From Octopus vulgaris (Eukaryota): a DNA stretch of 64,000 bases. Positions 54,758 to 64,000 of this stretch are shown piece after piece; positions within the stretch are counted from its first letter, which is position 1; every line of letters begins with the position of its first letter. Below the pieces are notes generated by a model. The model was given only the letters and a program-made list of their open reading frames with translations, was not told the DNA's origin and did not search any database. The position numbers and the translations under genes were made by a program. The stretch lies in NCBI GenBank assembly GCA_951406725.2, contig OX597830.1:4340001-4404000 (forward strand), given 5' to 3'.

Positions 54758-55737
54758 CAAGAAGAAAATGGAGGTGATACAGAAATGGTATACATCAACT
54801 ATCAGACATTATATTATGTCTATTTATTTATTCTAAAACATTTATGAGAATATATACATATGTAAAGACTGTATACTACATACATAGTACCAGCAATTCA
54901 TAGAATAGAAAAAGAACAATTTCTTATGGTCGTTTCTGCCAAGAGGTCACAACACCCTACATGTTTTTTCCATCTCTTCAGTGTTCTGTAGTGATCGTTA
55001 GATAAAATTAGGGTATTGGGTGTGCCTCTACGCTTCATCAGAGAGTTGCCCATTTATTACGCTCAATAGTGAAATTGCCACATAATTGGGTATTAAAATC
55101 TGCGTACCCAGTACTTGGGTATTAATAATCGCATACACTACCAGTAGTATATTGGATAGGTACTATCCCTTAGTTGGTTGGATTCACAACCTCTAACTCT
55201 CACTGAAATATATATATACATATATATTCATTATTCTACCCATGTTTTCCCTGTTGGCACTGATCCAACACAGTTGTTTTTCAGAATTAGTGCCGTCTTA
55301 CATGGGTCTAAGAGCCATGTCTAGGTTATACATTTCAGAGTTGGCTGGGTTTCTGTGGATGCTCTTCCTATCACCAATCACTCTCAGTGTGTTGGGTGCA
55401 TTTTATTGTGGTCCCAGCACTAGAGAGATTATCTACTTCTCAACAAGGCCAAAGGGTCCTCTTTATTCTGCATTCCCCATTTTCCATTTTTGCATGTACT
55501 TAACCTAAACAATGGACTTTCCCACAACGTAAAGCAGTGACTGGACCATCATATTCTAGCATTTCTTCATTCCTTCCTTCCCATTCTGCTGACAGTAATT
55601 TTGGAATATTAGTTGCCCACACTTTTTAGATACCAATTTATCTCATACTGCACCTGGGACTATGATAGAAATTTTCTGTTTTAAAAAGAATTTCCATCAA
55701 AATTCCTTGTAAATCTATACTGTAAATGCCAGCTTCA

Positions 55738-55880
55738 TCCTTTTGTTACCATATTTCTGTTTAAATGTGCTGCCTTTGTTTCAATTAAACTTCAAAATAG
55801 CAAAAAAATTAGTAAAATAATTTGTCGTTATTAAGCTGATGTTTTGAGCATAAATTAGCATGAACTTTAAAGGTTTTAAC
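55738..55880. mobile_element. Truncated, diverged relative of the piggyBac-type MITE
   Basis: CCTTTTGTTACCATATTTCTGTT...TTAGTAAAATAA...CATAAATT aligns with 41107-41230; no right TIR. Confidence 0.75.
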
Positions 55881-58800
55881 GTTGATTGCATTAAAATAGA
55901 AGTCTGTATCATAGAACGCTCTCACACGTAGGTTTTTATGTATGCAAGTGTATCTCTCGGCTGCATCTTGCTGTGAGTGAATGAACAAACGAAAGAAAGC
56001 AGCACTCAACGCATTTAGTCAGAAGTTAAATGGATTTAATAACAGTTTAACTCAGCTCTGCTTTAAAGTTTTGAGGATAGAGGATACGACAACCTCATCA
56101 GATGTTCATTTACGAATTATGTCACATATACTTCTGCATATATCAGTATGTGTATGTATATGTATCTGAATGTATGTGTGTGTGTGTGTATAAATATATA
56201 TATATATATATATGATGGGCTTCTTTCAACTTGCATATACTAGTTTCCATGAACCAATCCACTCACAAAGCTTAAATCTGTTTTATATATATTAGAAGAT
56301 ACTGAACCATGGTGCCATGCAGTAGGACAGAATCTGAAATCATAGAATGGAAAGCAAACATTTTAACCACATGACCATGTCTATGACTTATATATATATA
56401 TATATATATATATAATGGTTAGTGTTTTAAGGGCATCCAGCTGTAAAAACCTTATCAAAACTGACCTCACCTGTGCTTGTGCCACATAAAAAGCACTCAG
56501 TCCACTTTGTTGGGTGGTTATTGTTAGGAAGAGCATCCAGCCGTAAAAATCCTGCCAAAACAGACACAGAAGTCTGGTGCTGGCTACTGCCTGGCCAGTT
56601 CCTGTCAAACTATCTCACCCATGTCATGGGAGGTGGATGTCAAACAATGATGATGATATATACACATACATATACACACTCACACACATACACACATATA
56701 TATATATATATGTACATACATACACACAGAGTTTATGTTTCATTTATTTATAATGTTTTACCTAAAAATCAAACCTGTATTGAGTTCTAATGGACTCAGT
56801 CAACAGAAACACAATGTAACAGGCATAAATTTGATTAACGAAGACTGGCTGCAATAAACTTTAATTAATCAATATCATACCCACAATTACAATAACTTAT
56901 TGTAACTATATCCATAATTTTAATTACTCAAGGTTATACCCCTGATGACTTTCATTAACAGGGACTATACATATAATGGGGGGGGGGGCAATCTTTACTG
57001 AGCCCTTTTTAAAGCAAGCAAACAATGGCAACCAAGAATGCTCAGAATGAGTTTTATGCTGTTTGAGTTGTTACACTATTTATCCAATTCTCTTCATCAA
57101 CTCTTAATGACAACAACGATGACAGTGATGACAGCAACAATGACAACATTCTCATTATCATTGTTGAGACACATTTCAGTTAATTAAAACTGAGAATAGG
57201 CATTGTGTGGTAATGGGAATAATAATAATATAGTTGGTAGGCAGGCGTGACAATTTCAGACATGATTCAGCCTCATTAAACCTCTTCAGCAAAGCATTGA
57301 TATTCACATACTTGCTAGATTGTGTGTGAGTGTGTGTGTGTGTGTGTGTGTGTAGTCTATCATGTGAGATGTTTTCAGAATCTACACTCATGTAAAGGCA
57401 ACTGCCTATGTCAACACAAAAGTTAGTTGACTCCAATATATGTAATTTGTATGTTTTTTTAACCCCTGGTCAACCTTGGTCAACAAATTTATGATCAAAG
57501 ACATTCCAGCCATGACCATTTCACAATATTTTTAACCCAAGATCATAGTATTCAATGAACTTCTTTGGTTTTTTTTAGGCAGGATATGAAATAATAGACT
57601 TTAGTTAATATTTCTAGTAAATCAAACTAACAGACAGAGGATCCAACACGTAATTAGTAAAATTAGCATGTATCAATGTAATTAATGTTGTGCCATTTCA
57701 TAGCCAACACGTTAATGTTTCAATATGTTTATCCATTAATGCTGTGTCTTTGACCTCATAGTGCCATCACATGACCTTGAATGATGTAAAGACTAACTAA
57801 ATTTCCAAGTTTGCCACACAAAAGGTGACACAAGAGAACGCTGGCTCATATTGGGAAATCTCTAAGGAAGAAAATAGAGTAATCTTCTTTTACTCTCATG
57901 CAAGAAAAACTATTTTTAAAACAGTTTTAATTTTCACATTGAGAATCAATATAACCACATATGGTGCAATTTTCTTTTCACGATTAAGATAATAATTTCC
58001 ATTTCCTGATTCTAAGCTTCTTTTCCTCAAAACTTTATTAAGTTGCCAACTTAGAAATTGAAAGAAAACAATGGTTTTTTGGGATTTTTTTTTCTTTTCA
58101 GTGCTTCTCAGAATATAACCAAAAAGTCTGTTTTGTTCCCAACAAGGTCACCTTTGCAAATTATTAACTTATGTCACTAGGTGACAACCCAATTGATCTG
58201 TTATTTCCAATATTTTGTTCAATACTAAGTCCATCAAAATTATAGATTAGCAAGCAGTGTCTGTCCCATTATCTTATTCATGTATATTTTGTCTCCTTAG
58301 CATCAGCATAGGCAAGCTGGATCAACATATTGACACCTCTTCACAGTTTCATATACTCTGATCAGTTCCTTTTATTCTACCCAAGTTTCTTCACTTCTTT
58401 CCAGCTATTCATCCATTCCCAGCTGTTCATGTATAACAAAAGATACTCCATCACTCTCCTAAATCTGTTTCGAGTTTTTTTTTTTTTTTCAATCAATCGA
58501 TCAATCAATCCAATTTGTATTTTTAGATAAACATTCAGTTTTGGAAATTCATCAGATTTTCACTGAATTTAGTTTAACATTTCAGCATATCTTATGATAT
58601 AGGAAATTGTTGTTTCCAGTCTTCCATTCTTCTCTTGTGCATTGGAACACTTTATTGTAGGTGCTTAAAATACCATAATAGACATACATAAAATTTATAC
58701 GAGACAAAAAGTCAAAATAAAAGTTTTAATGATATTTAGATTTTAGTAGATGGATAAAACTTACTATCACTTAGAGGAAACAGAACATATAAAATATTCT

Positions 58801-58947
58801 GTTAAGCAAACTTTATACTGTAAAAGTGGTGTATACCAGCATAGAAGACTATTTCAAACTGTGATGCCTTAGCAAATGTTTACAAGGGAAATCCATGTCA
58901 AGAAGCCAAATTTCTAATATATTTATAATAATAATAATAATAATAAT

Positions 58948-59160
58948 AATAGTTTAGGTACATTGGGAACTTTTTCTAAAGATTTGAACAGATGGATAAA
59001 GGAAATAGGTATAAAACCCAGTTTAGTATAGCTCCAGAAAACAGAGTTATTAGGGACAGCAAGGATACTTACGAGGGTTCTTGGCATCTAAGGTTACTTG
59101 CTGTAACCCAATGTTAGGATTCCTTTCTTTTCCAACAGTTTAATCTGTTGAGTGTATATG
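58948..59160 (+). mobile_element. Extremely 5'-truncated R4/Dong-type LINE end
   Basis: LGTLGTFSKDLNRWIKEIGIKPSLV*LQKTELLGTARILTRVLGI*, homologous to the C-terminus at 43.5 kb. (TAA)n on both sides. Confidence 0.88.
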
Positions 59161-60450
59161 AATAATAATAAACATAACAATAATAATAATAATAATAATT
59201 GTATCTCATACACTTTATATTGCACATCATTGTATTTTTCTTTCTTTTTTGTAGTTCCAGTACCACTAATCCTCCCCAAAACATCTCCGTACAGACATTT
59301 TCCCCACTTATAACTTTTCCCAATAATCTGTGGAGATGACATTAGCAGTTACTTCAGTAAACTCCAGTTTGGTATGTATTGTATTTTCTTTGACTTTTTA
59401 CCAATTTCACATGAAACATTTAAATTGGAAATGGAACTTATTTTATTTTCCACATTTCCAAATGAAATCCCATTTCTTGAGAAAATCAGTTTCTTCTATC
59501 CTTTTTTTTTCTTACGGCACTTTTTAAAAACCCTTTTCAATAAATATTCAATGTTTTAGGGTGAACAAGGGACTATTTTGTGTTATGTAGTCCTTTGAGA
59601 TGTATTTCTACATTCTGTTAGCATTCAGGGCACAGGTCACTCGACAGATTTTCGCACAGCTGGGATAGCAAGAAACAACAATTTTGATAGATCAGAACAA
59701 CTTACGTTATATTGCTACAATAACCTTGTGCATAAATATAAAAAGAATATTAGAACCTGATTGTTTTGTGTGAACTCTACTTTATAGATAGTCAGGATAT
59801 AATCAATAATTTCTATTTCAGCCTCTTCACTGATTATTCCTTTCATCTTTTTTCTTTTTCTTTTTTTTTTTTTTCAACTTTTTAAACTTAGTTGCTCATT
59901 CTTATCTCTTAACAATCATCTCGGAAACAGTAAATATATCTCATCTCTCGTTTTCTTTCGTTTCTTTTTCCTTTCATGTTTTTACAACATTTTATTTCTA
60001 ATCATTTGCAATTGAACTACAATCAATCTTCCAGCATTTGGCAATTTCTTCTTTCATCCCAGCAATTTGCAATATCATTGATTTCTTAGTGTTGTTTTCT
60101 TTCTTTTCTTTTCTTTTTTTTTTTTTGTACTTGGTACAGTAGTAGTTTAGTATCCTTTAATGATAGTAATTACTTAACTTATCTCGACATACTGACCCAT
60201 GGAAATTTCTATTATTTTCCTTTTGGTGCTGCCAGTATTTTCTGCTATTATTCTTATGTGCCAAACTAAAAGAAAAAAATGTCTATAATTGAGTACATTT
60301 CTTGCTATATGGTCAAGATATTGGTTCTAAATTACCAAATTGTTTATAGCGTGAACAGAATCTTCTAAGGAAAAAAATTAATATGAGAAACCATTAGCTA
60401 GTAGCCATCAAATAAAAATTTGAAAGTTTTGTTTTATCCTCTCATTAAAG

Positions 60451-60615
60451 TAACATTTATAATGTTCAGTTTGTGGAATTATGTCGAAAATCATGTCTAG
60501 GAATCATCGTAGTTGTCGCGGTAGGAATTGTCTTATTGATATTATTGCAACGAAATTTTACAAATTCAACAATCAATGCATTTATTGTGAACAACTATTG
60601 CACTGAATACAGCAG
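60451..60615 (+). CDS. Candidate coding exon with a type II membrane signal-anchor
   Basis: Open frame NIYNVQFVELCRKSCLGIIVVVAVGIVLLILLQRNFTNSTINAFIVNNYCTEYS between acceptors (AG at 60449-50 or 60468-69) and donor CAG|GTAAAA. RK precedes a ~17-aa hydrophobic stretch, with NFT and NST sequons after it. Confidence 0.4.
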
Positions 60616-61548
60616 GTAAAAGTTCAATCCCCATCACCATCCATTTTGTTGTTTTCATTAGGAACCACGTGGAAAGGAAAACAAAGACAAAAGTGACAAT
60701 GACATTCTTTAATTTAACAAATGTACCGGGAATGTAATTAATATCAAACAAATGTACTTTTTACCGCAAGCATAAACCTAACTCCAATTGAAAGGTTCTT
60801 GGACTTTTGCAATGTCTTACCAGTGCCAACTAAAGAAAGTCTGTGACTATGCTGGAAGAATTATTGATCTCTAATCATAGATTAACCAGACATCAATTAC
60901 TATCTGACAATAGCATCTGCCTTACTTTACTTAAGTGTCATAAAAATGTGGCAAAAATTCTAATTCGTGTCTTGATTTTCTCACCAAAATTAAGTATCTG
61001 TTTGCTGAAAAGGTTAATTGGTTTAATTTCTTTTTATGTGACGAATAAACTAAAATTATTAGAAAATTAGCTTCCAGTCATATGACTGGTTTAGTGGGAG
61101 AGGAAAAAAAATCAATAGTATTTCCCCATTTAGGATTGTCCACGTCTATTACTACCATTCAATGATTTTACACGAGCTATAATAAGACCAAAATTTGTGA
61201 TGCCGATGTTTCATTAATTGTTAATCTCCTTCTATAACATCTTTTATCTGCTTCCATCTATGGTTTTTGCAATCAGAAATGTCTAGATGCATGAAAACTG
61301 GATTATTACAGTTCCTAACAACAGAAGTAGACATTCAGAAAGATAATTACGTCCCCAATTCACAGAGTTTGATCAGTCTATAGAAATTCTCTGAGATTAT
61401 CATATTATCTTTGCCAATTTTCTTTGGCCAATAATGAGAATGTAATTTCCAATAGAAAAAAACCTCTGAATGCAAGAGAACACTCCTGCTATAATTTTTC
61501 AACATCTTACTAAGAAAACCACACACAAATATGTGTGTGTGTGTGTGT

Positions 61549-61741
61549 GTGTGCATGTGTGAGTGTATGTGTGTGCATGTGTGAGTGTATGTGTGTGCAT
61601 GTGTGAGTGTATGTGTGAGTGCATGTGTGAGTGTATGTGTGTGCATGTGTGAGTGTATGTGTGTGCATGTGTGAGTGTATGTGTGTGTGCATGTGTGAGT
61701 GTATGTGTGTGTGCATGTGTGAGTGTATGTGTGTGCATGTG
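61549..61741. repeat. 22-24-bp minisatellite (GTGTGCATGTGTGAGTGTATGT)n
   Basis: About 8-9 near-identical units grown out of a (GT)n tract. Confidence 0.92.
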
Positions 61742-62096
61742 ATAAGATAAAAATGGTGTAGAGAAAATGCCAAACGGAAATGATTATCCATTTCGATGGA
61801 GAATATTCTAGAAACTATCTCACATTTAATGTAGGATTGCTAAAAGTTGCTATTCCATATAAAAAGCACCTACGATGCAATCGGATTTCTTTGTTTTAAG
61901 TTATATACGCATATATCGATATCAATCTGGTTATCTCTCTGCATATGTGTGTGTATATGCATGGGTATATAAATATATATGTGTATACATATATATATGC
62001 ATACACACATACATATGTATAACCTTATATATTCACACAAACACATGCATACATGTGTGTGTATGTATATATATATATGCACATGTGTATGTGTGA

Positions 62097-62127
<31 letters not shown>

Positions 62128-63594
62128 CACGCACACACACACACATATACACTTCCTCAACTCATAAATAAATATCAGCAAAATAAAAAGAAATGTTTGA
62201 AAAATATTCCTATTACTTTGATACTGACTGCTTTGGTCAACAAACTGGAATATAAGAATTCCCCAACTTATGAAATGTGTTATTTTCTAAATAGTCTCTT
62301 GGAATGTTACCAAGTATCCAATAGAGAAAAAGGAAAAGAAAAAAAAGAAACGAATGGGAGTGTATTATTATTCATTTCATTTTCCTATAAATATTTTATC
62401 TCAATCAGAATTCCAGTCAGAAATTTGCCAGATCTCAATAAATAGCTATTTATCTTGTTCAAACTTATCATACAACAAAAATGTCATCGATACTTTCTTT
62501 AAATGTTAGCTGCTTAAATACATTGGAAATGGTTAGCCAGAAAACCTAAAACTCTGTTGATCAAATACTTTTCAAATCATGGATGGGGTTTCAAGTTGTT
62601 TCTTTTACTTTTGTTTTCTTTACTCTTAACAACATGAAACAGCAATGTTAATGTGATGTGAGATCTTCTCTTTAGAGATTGGATGTATTTCTGAAACACA
62701 TACACATATAAATGTGACTGTATAGATGGACATGCATGAGTGCTTAGCACCGGTTCTTACTGCCATACCATTATTTCTAGTTGTTGTTCAGGCATTTGGA
62801 CTTAGAGATTTTTAGCAGACTCTTACATTAGGTGATGAAGCAAAATGCAAAAATAAAAATTCCATAATTTAATCATCCTCCTTACATCATAACATGGCTG
62901 TGTGGTTAAGAAGTTTGATTTGCAGCCAAAGTGTTTTGAGTTCAGTCCCACAGCAGGGTGCCATAGGTGCCTTGTACCATAGCTTTATACCCCTGAGTCA
63001 GTGAGTAGATTTGGTCTATGGGAATTCAAAGAAGCCCCTCACACACATGCATGCATAAATGCACACATATAAATGAGTGTGTTGTGTCTCTATGTCTTGA
63101 TATTACTTGCTAATTGTAAACAAAAATCATTGTCATACAAGTTTGTCATGCATTTGCTGACAGTGTTCTATTAAAACATGTCTGGTCATTGTGCTATTTA
63201 TGTTCATAGGATTAGCTGAAATATTTGCCTGCTGGGAAACAAGTGAGGGTTAGCAACAGGAAGAGCATCCAGCCAAAGAAAATCTGCCTCAATAAATTTG
63301 GTCTGACACATTTAAGCATAGAAAAGTGAACATTAAGATGATGATGACAATGTGTTCTGGGGTTGTTTTTAACTCTATAAAACAATATTCCATGCCTGTC
63401 AAAAAGAATAAGGCTTTCTCATTGGAATTTGGACAATAACCATAGATATATCTTTTGCTGAATTTTAGGAAATTGATGCATATATTTACTGTTCCACTTT
63501 CAGATTGAATTTACAATGTACATGGTTTTGTTTTCATTGTTTTAATTCACAAAAACTACTTGTTTGATAATTTTCTAGCATAAGTTTGTGCACC

Positions 63595-63647
<53 letters not shown>

Positions 63648-63860
63648 TAATAATAATGTGAGGAAGGGACTAGTTGATTACACTGACTCCAGTCCTCAAT
63701 ACCTGATACTCATTTCATCGCCCCCCCCCTCCCAAGGACGAAAGGCAAAGCTGATCGTGGCAGAATTTGAAGTCAAAAAGTAACGATGGATGAAATACCA
63801 TTAAGCATCTTCACTAGAAGGCTGATAGTTCTGCAGCTTGTTGCCTTAATAATAATAATC

Positions 63861-63897
<37 letters not shown>

Positions 63898-64000
63898 TAA
63901 GCCCTGATGCAGTACCAGAGAGTGGCTCTCATGGCTTCTGATCTTAACTGTTTTAGGGTGAACAAGGGTATTTTGGGTTATGTATTCCTTTGAGATTGTT

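Overview
AT-rich eukaryotic genomic DNA, dense in (TA)n/(CA)n/(TAA)n/(CAT)n microsatellites and tRNA-derived SINEs. The repeat landscape looks like a cephalopod genome, probably Octopus; this is inferred from remembered SINE families, not from a search. Nearly all listed ORFs are microsatellite or SINE artefacts. No complete protein-coding gene is recognisable. Supported elements: several SINE families, a decayed Penelope-like retroelement (RT plus GIY-YIG), four fragments of R4/Dong-type RLE LINEs (two bounded by TAA repeats), RTE and CR1/Jockey-like LINE 3' ends, a mariner remnant with an internal inversion, and piggyBac-, Tigger- and hAT-type MITEs. The most interesting signals are (1) a ~348-bp-period partial tandem repeat carrying a type I hammerhead-ribozyme-like motif at 5.5-6.0 kb (retrozyme or Penelope pLTR-like), (2) strand-polarised accumulation of elements in TAA microsatellites, and (3) a speculative + strand gene start with an 18-nt micro-exon (40479-40496) and an exon encoding a type II transmembrane segment (60451/60470-60615). 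Boundaries of decayed elements are approximate.
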